DNA of 64,000 nt from Oculina patagonica. Its lineage: Eukaryota. The first letter of the stretch is position 1. The number at the start of each line of letters is the position of its first letter. The position numbers and the translations under genes were made by a program. The notes beneath the pieces are model-generated. The model did not search any database, was not told the DNA's origin, and worked only from the letters and a program-made list of their open reading frames with translations. Of this stretch, positions 51,198 through 62,570 are shown in pieces. The stretch covers positions 37,386,001 to 37,450,000 of the forward strand of contig NC_135759.1 in assembly GCF_052425735.1 (NCBI RefSeq). Reading direction: 5' to 3'.

Positions 51198-52065
51198 AAC
51201 ATTAAGCCAGTACACACTCACATTCTCCTTTAAAGTTTGATTGACACTTGGCTCTGTGCTTCTCTCTTGAATCAGCCTCTCGTCCCAGGAATAAGAACAT
51301 AAGATGAAGACTAAGTACACTTGCTATTAAGCAAAGGACCGTGTGAACGGATATCTGTTGAAAAACAACAAAAGGCCGGATGACATTACTGAATACTTTA
51401 TCGTTGTTTTGAAAGCTTAACTTCTCGATTCAATCATATATTGATCATTTTTTTTATTTGTTTACTTATTTTTTTATTTATTTTTGCGAGATAAAGCATG
51501 CGTTATCAAGTTATTCATTGTGCCAACCCAAATGTTCACCTCAGTTCTAATATGCCATCTTGGAATTGTCTTTTCCTCATAGACCCACTGTTCGTTGAGA
51601 GACTAATTAACCGACAGAGATGGCCATTAAAGCGCACATTTTGATCATTTTTGTCTCTTCTCAGGCAGTTAGGCACCTTTTGTCGTTCTCCTTCTTTTTA
51701 TTTTTGGAAGACGGGGAAAAAAGGATGAGGCCCAGGGGGAGCCTCTAGAAAAGCGCAGGAAAATGAGTTGTTGCTCCATTAGCTAAGCCGTGATAACGAC
51801 AAAAAGTCCAAGAAAGCTGCACATTTACATTTTAGTCAATTCCAAGGGAAATTAAACTCGAAAATTTAATAAAACGAGGTAAAAGTCGTTGGGATACAAT
51901 TCATTTCTTCCCTACCAGCCATCGTTTTCTCATTCGTCCTCCTGCCATTCCCGCTATTCCTGCGCCGAGCATCTGTGAAGGAAGGAAAAAAATGCTCTTG
52001 TGTGAAGACGGATGCCGATGAGACACCTTTACCCACATTTAAGACCTGTTTTCCGCTGGAACATC

Positions 52066-52530
52066 AAAACGTATCAACTTGTTATAAGTTAAGTGCTTCT
52101 CAGCTTGATAGCAATACTGATCCCTCAGTTCCAGGATGTACTTCGCATGCGTTTCATCACGATAAAAAAAACAGTCGATTGGCGCCCTACCATTTATTTT
52201 TTTCCGTCTCCTTAAATTCGTTACATGAGCATCTTCACAGTGGCAACGTTTCCTAAGGAGTATTTTACATCTTGTTTTCCGGGGAAAATCAAAACGTATC
52301 AACTTGCCGGTTTTGAACGGTTATAAGTGCCACTCGGCTTGATCCTTGATAGCAATACTGATCCCTCAGTTCCCGGATGTAATTTGCATGCGCTTCATAA
52401 AAAAAAAATCGATTGGCGCCGCGCCCTTCCATTCAATTTTTTTAAATTTAATTTTTTTTTTCGATCTCCTTAAATGCGTCGCATGAGCATTTTTACATCG
52501 ACAGTGTTTTTTAAGAAGTGTTTTATATCC
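52066..52530. repeat. Diverged tandem duplication of about 225 bp
   Basis: AAAACGTATCAACTTG...CTTGATAGCAATACTGATCCCTCAGTTCC..GATGTA...TCGATTGGCGCC...TCTCCTTAAAT occurs at about 52066 and about 52291. Confidence 0.8.
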
Positions 52531-54194
52531 TTGGAGCCTTCTTGTCTTCCGTGTCGCGTACCGCTTGTCAAATTCAATTTCAGCCAATTCATGGCGTTTT
52601 GCCCAGCAAATATCAACCCGAGACACGACATTTCGCCTAGCTAAAAAAACGTGCATGACAGTGCAGTGGTGAACAAAACATTTAGTTTGTGATCAGTAAG
52701 AAGTCAAATTGTTGTTCATGTAACTGATACAAAGTCGGTATTTTTATATTCATTCTAGTGCTATTTGTTTTTCTGTTTTCGTCTGTGCACGGATGGACCT
52801 ATACAATTTCCATTGCAAATTCAGTAATAAATATTTTTAAATCGCTTTTTAATTTATATTAAATTTTACGCTTGGCTCTCGGTTAATTAAAGTGGACGTA
52901 TCAAAACTTAGCGTTAGAACCGTAGCAAAATCGATAATTTTGAAGAAGACACTTTAGAGAAACATGAATTTTAAAATTCTGCCGTGCTAAACATTTTAAA
53001 GGTGAAAAATGCAAGACGCAATATCTCTACAGTACATTTAGTTTCACAATGCACGTACAAACACTGTGAAAACAATTAACTTCTTTTTTCTTAACTTAAT
53101 AGCTAGAGAGTCGATCATCGATTTCTTCTTTAAGAATACTTACTGGAATTCCAGCCAGCAAAGGAGGAAGGCTTGGGCTGTTTTTATATTCCGTCAGCTT
53201 CATTGCTACACCAAAACAAGACATTCCCAAAACGAAACCAAGCACTCCGGATGACATAGGAATCCGCCAAGCGTTTTCTCCTCTTATTATGCTAGCGAGC
53301 TTGGTCTTAATGCACATTTTTCTTAGGTTCCCTTCAGTTGTAATGTTTTCTTTGTGTCTACCAGTAATCTCGTATTTTCACATTATTTATAGTGCTCGTA
53401 GCCACTCGTAACTTCAAAAGGAAAATATTTTAAGTCGGCACAAGTGCTGCGTTCAAGCGTATATTACCCCAGGCTATATTTATCTACAAATTGTAGTATA
53501 TTTAATATATACAACTCTACTTCACAGTCAAAAGGCGGATATTAATCCAAACACCTTGTTGATATCGTTTCGAGGTCACCATTTTGCCCCCTTAAACTTT
53601 TTTCCAGAGGTGCTTTTAGTTTTGGCGGCCTTAGGCAAATCTGCGCAAACAAGTCAGCAATGCATTCAACGCGCACTGATCAGCGGTCAAAAAACCTCTG
53701 GCCAATTAGCATCGGCAGGATCTCAGACAGGACATAACGTCATTACTGTAAGCATTACAACATACAAAATGTCAAAATCTTTAACCAGTCTTTAAAGAAA
53801 GCGTGCGAGGTTGCTACACTTCTTCTATTTTTTGAGAGGGGATGGGAGCTGCTTGTTTCCTTCAATTTAGTGGTGACAGAATCTAACACACAAAGTCGCC
53901 AAATAGGGATTGGAATTACTATCTCTAACGAAAAAAAAAAAGATTTGTCATACTGTAACGAGACTACTTATATTCCGTGTTGATAACCCGAGGGAGGACC
54001 TCCCTTGTTAAACAAACGGGGATGCCCGTCGTACCATTTCGGGAGGTATAAAAATGTACGGCCGGGATTGGCACCTTGTGTGCCAAAAATTAAAATGACC
54101 ACTATTAGAATCACCGCGGTACCTTTTAGGGTATTGAGCCGGAACATATCGCAGCAATACGAATAGAAGGCCGATTCGGAAGAAGCATCTTTTA

Positions 54195-54490
54195 AGGAGG
54201 CGCGGTGGCCCAATGGTAAACGCGCTGGACTCTGGATCGAGCGGTCTGGGTTCGAGCCCCTGGCTGGGGTGTTTGTTTTGTTTTCTTTTGCAACACTTTT
54301 TTCACTTTCCCCCCCTCTACAGGTGGCTAAATGGCTACAGGTGAATTTAATGCTAGGGTGCGACCATGCGATGGACTACCATAACATCCAGGGAGGAGTT
54401 GTAGAAATACTCCTAGTCGCTTCAAGCTACGGAAACCGGGATTTGTTTCGGCCTGATAGGCCACTAGGCACTGTATGCAGACTTTACCCG
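54195..54490 (+). mobile_element. tRNA-derived SINE
   Basis: A box TGGCCCAATGG and B box GGTTCGAGCCC, with a body ending GACTTTACC. Confidence 0.75.
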
Positions 54491-55623
54491 TAGCCTAGCC
54501 TTAGAATTGGTATTTTTTTTTAAGATATGCAAAATTGAGTCACGCCCATCAAACGAGATTCTGGTACGAAACATTTCGAGAAATAATAAAGCTTCGGCCA
54601 TCAACATTTCCGCAGTTGGTACCCCACGTGAATTGAAACGCTTCTTTCGAATGAACGAAAAGTGGACCGGGCTATAAATAACAAAACGCCTAATAACTGG
54701 TCCTAATTGTAACAAGTAGTTTAATGTTGTTTCCCCTTGTTAACCAAAGATCCCTTTGGCTCTCAGAATATCAGCTCTCGTAGGCTTGCAACTCCGACGG
54801 TCCTCTAGTTTGTAGCAGGTGCTATTGTTTTTTTTTTTTTGTTTTGGTTTTTTTTTTTTTTGGGGGGGGGGGGGGTTGGGCATTATTTCTGTTGTTTATT
54901 CTATTGTTCTTTCGAAGGGTAGCGAGCCATTCACGTAAGACCATGCAAGAGACGCTGCCTGACCCTTAGGAGATTCTGGGGTCTCGATGGCACAAAGCCC
55001 ACTGTTCTTAGAGTTCCTTCTCTGGAAATGTTGAGATAGATGCAACGGAAAGCAAGTATTTCCAGTCATCAAAGAAAGTCTGAAAAACGGTACATGGCCG
55101 CCCAGCAAACAGTTTGCTGAAAAAGAGTAATAACGAGGGAAATAAGTTTTTCAAATTACGATTGCTCAAATTACACACATAATAATCAAGTAAGCAAAAT
55201 AATGCTTTGAGCCGGCGCCCTAGCCCCCCACCCCTCCATCTGATACCCGACAGGATTGACGCTAACAGGTAGGAATTTCCACTACAAATTGAACAATTTA
55301 AGTACTTTTTATTTCAAAATCTGAAGAGAATAGAGAAGAAGTGCAGATTTGATTACGGTACACTTAAACAAGAAAAAGAAACAATTAAAAACTTTAAAAG
55401 ATAAATAAACACTTAAACTATTTTAACACCATCAAGATAGACTGCTCAACAGAATGAAAACCACAACGGCAACAGAAAGAAGAACTACATTAAACAGAAA
55501 GTTTTATGAGCGTGTACATTAGCTCTGCTCGTGCGCGATACCTCTTGCTGCATTTATTCTCAGCCGCAATCTACAAACACAGGAGGACAAAACGGAGCTT
55601 TCCGATTTTTCCCCGGAAACCTT

Positions 55624-55657
<34 letters not shown>

Positions 55658-56392
55658 CTGGAAAACAACAACGTAAAATATCTAAATTCTGCGTTTTGAC
55701 TTTCAGTGTAACTATTTACGGTACATGGAACGCTGTTTTTGCACTTTCACTAGATGACAGTTTTGATACAGATGGACAAAATGAATAAAATAATCTAGAC
55801 TACTGCGAGAATGATTCTCAAGTAAAATGTCAATTTATTTCTTTTAGAGACTTTGTCCTCGGCGTTGGCGTCGTGGTTTCTTGTACTCTCTATTGGTATA
55901 CTATATCAACTTAGCAACAGTGATTCATTATTTAAACCATTAACAAGTATGTACATCAAAAGTAACGAACACACTGAGGAAATACCCATAAAATATTTTT
56001 TTACCTAAGTATGATGAATGGCGTGTTATAAATGTACATTCTCAGAATGACTGGTTTAAAGCAGTCATACTTACGGTAATATGCATAAAGTTTAATTTGA
56101 CGAGTATTTCAAGGCTCGAGATTAACATGGGAACTTCATGGTGAATTCTAATCAAACGTGGTATCAACATGGTTACTATAGCATGCCGGTACAACATGGT
56201 GCCAATACGGTTACTATACTATTCAAACATGAAAACATGGTAACTATACCAGTTCAACAGGGTACCAATACTGGGCAAACATGTTTACAACAATGTAACT
56301 ATACTGATTACGACCACTCCCATGCAACTTATGACAAATGGTTGCACGTTACTAACTGTACTTTCCATTGTTGGCAACTTTTTCGAAGATTA

Positions 56393-56848
56393 CCTAATTA
56401 CATGAAATTTTCGCGACACTTTAATTTCGCGAATTTCACGATTCTAAAATAATCGCGAAATTAAAGTGACGCCAACAATAAGTGTCGCGAACATAACATG
56501 ACGCGAATATTAAGTGACTCGCATATGTCAGTAATCAATGTAAATGGATGTTGTCGTCAATTGACTCACTTGTAGACATTCTGAGAACTGCTCTATTGAG
56601 ATTAAGTCCCCTCCTGCGTTTTTGTTAATTTTGACGTTATTGTTCCTTCGATGAAGTCGTTTTATATAATTCAAAGGCATGTCAAAATATATTGCTAAGA
56701 AAATGTAAATTGTGTCTCACTCAAAAACGCGAAATTAAAGTGATTCAAAATACAAAATTTTCGCAAAATTGCGAAATTTAAGTGTCGAGAAATATGTGCA
56801 CCTCAAAATCGCGAAATTAACGTGACGCGAAAATTTCATGTAATAAGG
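56393..56848. mobile_element. Tc1/mariner-like MITE
   Basis: TIR CCT(A/T)ATTACATGAAATTTTCGCG, TA TSD and internal CGCGAAATT repeats. Confidence 0.8.
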
Positions 56849-57131
56849 TAATCTGAAGAGGTTAGTTTAACTAAATACCCCAAATAATTTTACATCTGAA
56901 GAAATTCCCTACCATAAATTGGTCATTTACAAGCTGTGGTTTATACTTTTGTAATGCTACAGAAGCACTTACATGTAATGCCCTTGGGTGTATGCCGCAT
57001 GGTTTTATCATGTCATTGAAAGAAGTTAAATTCGAGCTTTAGCTGAATAATAATATTGTTATGAATGTGTATAAAATGGCAAAACTACTTGTTAGTAGTA
57101 ACAATGTTCAGGTCCCTGTGAGCTGGATTTG

Positions 57132-57455
57132 TTATGTGCTACTCTCTGTTTTGTTGAAGAAGCTATTTGATGCAAACTCTTTGTTTTCAGTTTTTTCAAG
57201 TGCCTGTTCAGCTTCCCTAATGTCTGAGTGAATGGCCTCTATAAGGGATTCTGAAATAAAAGCAGAGGAGAAAAAAATTAGTGATGTTAGACGTTGCAAG
57301 TGGTTTAAACATTCAGGACAGTCATTAATAGCCTGCGAACAGGCTCTATCGTGAGGAGCTCTACCCCTCTCTTCCCCTCCTCAAACAGATCCTTGAGTGG
57401 AGAGCCTGTTCACAGGCCAAGTCATTACACTAAACACTACAGTAGGTGGATAATA

Positions 57456-57494
<39 letters not shown>

Positions 57495-60368
57495 AATGTG
57501 AAAACACTTCCTAGAATATGGAAATAAAGGTAAGATTTTAATCTTAAAATTCAAAAATGATTTGAAAAAAGGTGAAAATCTAGTGATAATGTTTCAGCAA
57601 CCCTGCAAACTACAGTGCACTATAGTTGTCTCTCTCCTCCACAGAGGCTCCATAATCAGAAAACAAAAAGAAAAAGGAAAAAAAAACGACTAATGAAAAA
57701 AAAGGGCTGTGCACGTTTTTTTCTCTCTTCAGGCTCTACATGCTTACATGTACTTTTCACCTCTCCCCATTTCAAAGCAATAAAACAAATTAGAAAAGGC
57801 CTCTGCGGAGGAGAGAGCTAGCATGTGCAAACACAACAAATGTTGTTTAGTGAATGAGCAAAACTGTAAGTACAAGTCATGATATGAAACAACTAATAAT
57901 TACCAAAATATGTGCTAACCTAATGATGGGAAATTCTTTTCGGGTCGAATAAAACCTAAAATGACAACACTAAGCTCTGATCCATAAAAGTCATTTTCAA
58001 ATGAATGAATAATGTGAGTCTCCTGAAATGAAAACAAAAGAAAGAACTGTTTAGTTTGAAATCACAACAGCCACATTTCATTAATATTAATTTACCGAAA
58101 TATTTACTGACTTGTCATCAGGATGGCTTGACATCGCAAATTTTTACAAAATTTTCACTTGATTACTTTTCGAGTCACATACTGATAATATATAAATTGG
58201 CTTTCTTCACGTTCATTAGCAGATAGTTACCCACCATTGATTTTTTGGTGTTATTATAAAATGGATTCCATCCTATACTCATGACCATCTTGTACACAGG
58301 CCCTCTGTTGACACTTGCCCAACCATAGTAAATTCCAGTACTAACTGCCTCTGGTAAATTATCCACTACATTCACTGGGAAGTTTGCTGCAAGGAAAAAC
58401 GTGGAATGAGTGGATAACAAACAATTGTTTTAAATAATATATCCTGCGCATTTGGCCATCCACTTGTGAACAAAAGTTTAACCTCAGCAGGGTGAAATTA
58501 TACCTATTCCCAAAAGTATTGAGATGCTTGCCTCTTCTTGAGTAACTTGGACACATTTCACCCCACACTTCTTCAATATATCCACCCCCCCCCCCCGAAA
58601 CAATGTTGGATTTGCTATCTAGAAGACTTGTTTTGTTTGTGTACAAATTACACTGAAAAGGGGGAGGGGGAGTGGTTGACAATCTACAGGTACATCAGAT
58701 TTGAAGTGGAAAAATGGAAATATTAAAATAAGAACTTATTTCCACCATTCGTCTCAACTACTTTTGACACCCATTGTAGCTAAATAATATTCTCTCATTA
58801 AACTTATTTGAAGCTTGATTGGTTCCATAAAAATTTCAAATGTTCTTATCTCTCCCTTATGTTCCACAGGTTACAATCTAGGTACTGTCATCACCTAAAC
58901 ATTTTGCTGACAGACAACTGTCAGTGTTTGATAGAACAGCTTGCTGGCAGACTAAATAACCTTGCCAAGGTTTGGTTATTTATCCACAGATGTTAGCTGC
59001 TAGTTGAGATTCAGCTGCCTCTACAGTCAAGAATGTTTGTCCATGGCAGACCTGTTTGTTAGTCTGAGCCAACAGATGTCTCCGAACAACATGCACAAGA
59101 ACGACAAGAAGCACTTCTGAGATTCAAATTGTGATTTTTTTGTTTTGCTGTTGTTGTTGCTGTAATTGTTGTACCACAGTTCATTCAGTTTAAACTTTTG
59201 TTTGGTCTGTAAGATTAAAAAAAAACTCAAATTGCAAAATTCAAGGTTATGAGATCAGCTTTTTTTTCGAGCATGAGATTCCGAGAAGGGAAGGCAAGAT
59301 TTCGAGACTCGCCTAAAATTTGCCGTGATTTATAATATCCCAATGACCATTCTATTCCCTTCATGTATACACCCATGACTCTTTGTTCTTAAAATATGGT
59401 CCACATGAAGTGTAATATTATTGAGATTATAAGAGATCTAAAGGAATTTTTAAGATTTGTTTGGAAATATCCAAAGCATTAGGATCGCCAGAGATTTTCT
59501 GAATCATAAAATTGTTACAGATCTTTGGGATCATTAAGATACAGAAGTAAATTATCTTCAATACTTTCTTTGGTATCCAGGAGTCACCATACAGGAGTCG
59601 GGGTGATTTGGTCTATCCAGGAGTGTTGCCCTCAATACACAATGACATGTAATTTTGTATACACTTCTTTCTTTATCATCAAAACAAAAGTGGACCTACT
59701 GTGTGCCTCTTTTTCAAAGACATATTTCTTAAGTCAGAATGTATCTTAGCAAACATAACAGAACAAAAACACAATTAACTCTTTCAAGAAACTTGAATTG
59801 TCAATTGCAATAATTTGCATACCGTATCTCTTTTAAAAAAATAATTTTCATTGCTGTTGTGTTAAGATATGTTATATGTTATGAGTGAATTGACATCTTC
59901 ATATATAAAAATAAGGGAACCATAGAAAATATGACTAGATAGGGATAATTTCAACCAAGAAGATAACCCATTACTTGAGGTTGAAACAACTTTAAGCATG
60001 AGTCAGATTTGGTTCCAATAGAGTCAATGAACATGATTACATACTATATACAAAGGGAGATGACGAATGAGAATCGCTAGAATGGCTCAAAGCAATAGAT
60101 AAAAAATCGTTTTGACGTGGTAAACTTAGAGCACGAACACAGTTCTAATAGCTTCAACAAATGTCTCGATTGGTCTCTCCGTACAACACGGAAAAACGGA
60201 TTAGAAAATGTTCACAAATTATGAAGATCCGGTTTATGAACATTCATTATCAACCTGTAACAACTCACCCGTGGGAATGCCTAACTCCTTGCTGCCTCTT
60301 CCAAAACCCTTAACTACCTCTCCTCGACAAAAATACGGAAGGCAACTTGTAACCAGGTCTGAAGGCAT
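57132..60368 (-). CDS. RFK: Riboflavin kinase, 157 aa, 4 exons (canonical exon 1a)
   Basis: Exons are 60368-60269, 58386-58235, 58022-57920 and 57250-57132. Recognisable motifs are [34 protein letters not shown] and SIGWNPFYNNTKKSMETH. Confidence 0.97.
57329..57419. mobile_element. 91-bp palindromic mini-transposon (Academ-like) in RFK intron 3
   Basis: TAGCCTGCGAACAGGCTCT...AGAGCCTGTTCACAGGCCA with flanks AGTCATTAA/AGTCATTAC. Confidence 0.65.
57458..57493. repeat. (TGAT)9 microsatellite
   Basis: Read directly from the sequence. Confidence 0.95.
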
Positions 60369-60699
60369 CTCGGCCACCACAATAAAACGAATAACTAGAG
60401 TTCTCAAAGCAAATGTAAAGAGTTGTAAAGCGGATGTTCGTGACGATAATCGGATGTTCGTTTCACGTGCGCGAGAAACCGCAGGCCAGAAAACACGAAA
60501 GACAAAGTATTACGCAACACAAAACTAGCCGCCGGCGTTTTGTGTCGAGTCTGCCAAATAATTCGGAAAATAATTCGAAAGAATGCGATAGTAGTGAAAG
60601 AAAGTGCTAACATGTAAAAGAAAAAAGCTGAGAAATGAAAGCTCGGAAAGATTTCCGCAGAGGACCCTACATTAATTATGTATGCAACTATTTCATACT

Positions 60700-61328
60700 A
60701 TCCCTATAAAAGATTGCATCTGGCATTGGCATCCTAAAGCGTAGCAGGTCTTTTGTTCCATTTAAGACATTACTATGTATCTATAACTCTTCAGTACAAC
60801 CCCATTTTGATTTTGTAGTGTCGTTTGGGGAAATTGCAGTAAAACTCTGGCATAACTACAAAAACTGCAAAACCGTGCTGCGCGTATCTTGACCTCTTCT
60901 TCCTACGATGCCAATGCTGATGATCTTATTGCAAGACTTGGCTGGAATAAACCGATTCCATTATTTAAAACAGCCGTGATGTCTATAATCACTCAATGGT
61001 CTTGCACCTGACTACCTTAGGACAATGTTTTCTATAGAAGCGACGTCCTACCGAGAGGGCCGCGGGACTAACTGTTCCGCTCCCCCACACTATTCAAAGT
61101 TTTAGTATAGAGGCGGTGTTGGAAAGACCTGCGACCGCGCACCCATCTTTCCGGCTGCAGAGTGTAAAATCAATTTTTAACATCACCGCATATGGAAAGC
61201 AGGTTTCTTTTTATTTACTTTGTAGACGATAATGTAATTTAAATTTATTATGTAAAATAGGTATTAAGTATTTTAAATAAGTATTATGTATTTTAAGTCC
61301 TGATGATTTTTACCGTGTTGAAATAAAG

Positions 61329-61393
<65 letters not shown>
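60700..61393 (+). mobile_element. Decayed CR1/L2-type LINE 3' end with long (ATT)n tail
   Basis: The broken translation LQKLQNRAARILTSSSYDANADDLIARLGW...NGLAPDYL is typical of the post-RT region. AATAAA is followed by (ATT)n at 61329-61393. The 5' boundary is approximate. Confidence 0.75.
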
Positions 61394-61394
<1 letters not shown>

Positions 61395-61733
61395 CATAAA
61401 CAGCAATCATGAAAAGAACGAATCAGTCAGAAAATTGTATGCATAATTAATGTAGGGTCCTGTGCGGAAATCTTGCCGAAAGCTCTGATCCTCGAGGTAC
61501 TCTTGTCCCAATTCGGGTACCTTTAGAGTTTTTGTTGTTGTCCGATCGAGTGAGTCGAGTAGCCTGTCGTAGGCCAAATAAAAGATCAAATTTGTGAACA
61601 TGATCTTTTTAATCAATGATTTTAAATCTATATATCTTTATGTTCGATTATGAAAATTTTGTTTTGAAGCTCCCACAGTGTCAGAGCCCCTGACCGGCTT
61701 CGTGTAAAACAAACGTATGCCTACTTCTCATAC

Positions 61734-61857
61734 CTGTTGGAATGCCTAACTCTTTTCCTCCCCTTCTCTTTCCTTGCACAACTGGAGCGCGTAGAAATAA
61801 AGGCAGAAATGGCAAAACCGAGGAGCTAACTTGTCCACTGTGTATTGTAAGCACCAT
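61734..61857 (-). CDS. RFK: Second (alternative) RFK first coding exon 1b
   Basis: The start is atcATGg. It encodes MVLTIHSGQVSSSVLPFLPLFLRAPVVQGKRRGGKELGIPT and ends at acag|gtatga, with the same codon position and phase (1) as exon 1a. I found no separate downstream exons 2-4 for it. Confidence 0.75.
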
Positions 61858-62083
61858 GATTATTTTTGATCTTGCGAAATGAAATGACTGTCGTCTTTTA
61901 AATTTTGTCACGTCTCCGATGGCTCCTTTAATAAAGGTGCTCAAAACGTGGTTTATCTCTGAGTCCGGCTCATTCTGAAGGCCAATGGGGGCCATGGCCA
62001 GGTGGCGCAGCCAGCCGCTAGTTGTGCTACTTTCACTTTCACGACTTTCACATGGACAATATTTTGAAAGTCTGTAGAAAATA
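61858..62083. promoter_or_regulatory. Putative bidirectional promoter RFK exon 1b / TDRKH
   Basis: There are 226 bp between the divergent start codons, with a GC-richer core near 61975-62020. Confidence 0.55.
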
Positions 62084-62570
62084 ATGCCTTCCCTTTCCAA
62101 CGAGCAGAGAGCAGCAATTGCTATTGGCGTTCCTGTAGTAGCATTATTGCTATATCTATGGTACAGAAGACGCCAAAATTCTCATTTTCTAGACGAAGAT
62201 GAGGAATATACTCACGCGGAAGAAGGCGAGGAGGTTGCGTCTGCAAACCAAAGAACTGTGGAAGTCAAAGTCCCTCGTGCGGTAGTGGGCGCTATCATTG
62301 GCAAGTCTGGAGCGAATATTAAAAAGATAGAAAAGGATAGCGGAGCTCGGATAAATCTAAAGGATGAAAATGAAGGAAATGAAAGCGAAGAAAGAATCGT
62401 GCTCATTCAAGGTGAACGCGAGAAAACGAAGCGAGCGGAAATTTTGGTGAAGAAAATTATCGCGGAACAACCAGTTATTAAAACGGAAGATATTTTCGTT
62501 CCTCAGCGTGCTTGTGGAAGAATTATTGGCAAAGGAGGACAGACAATACGTCACATGTGTTCAGTTTCAG
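62084..62570 (+). CDS. TDRKH: Tudor and KH domain-containing protein (TDRKH/Papi-like), first coding exon; gene continues beyond the window
   Basis: An N-terminal TM anchor (AAIAIGVPVVALLLYLWYRRR) is followed by KH1 (VGAIIGKSGANIKKIE) and the start of KH2 (CGRIIGKGGQTIR). The donor is cag|gtgggt. The Tudor domain is not in the window. Confidence 0.85.

Noticed and set aside
56120-56310. Degenerate ACATGG/TAC short-period repeats giving a 104-aa ORF
   Set aside because: This is a decayed minisatellite with no splice or homology support.
61681-62100. Stand-alone 139-aa gene or complete second RFK gene
   Set aside because: RFK similarity stops exactly at a splice donor and no private downstream exons exist, so I treated it as an alternative exon.
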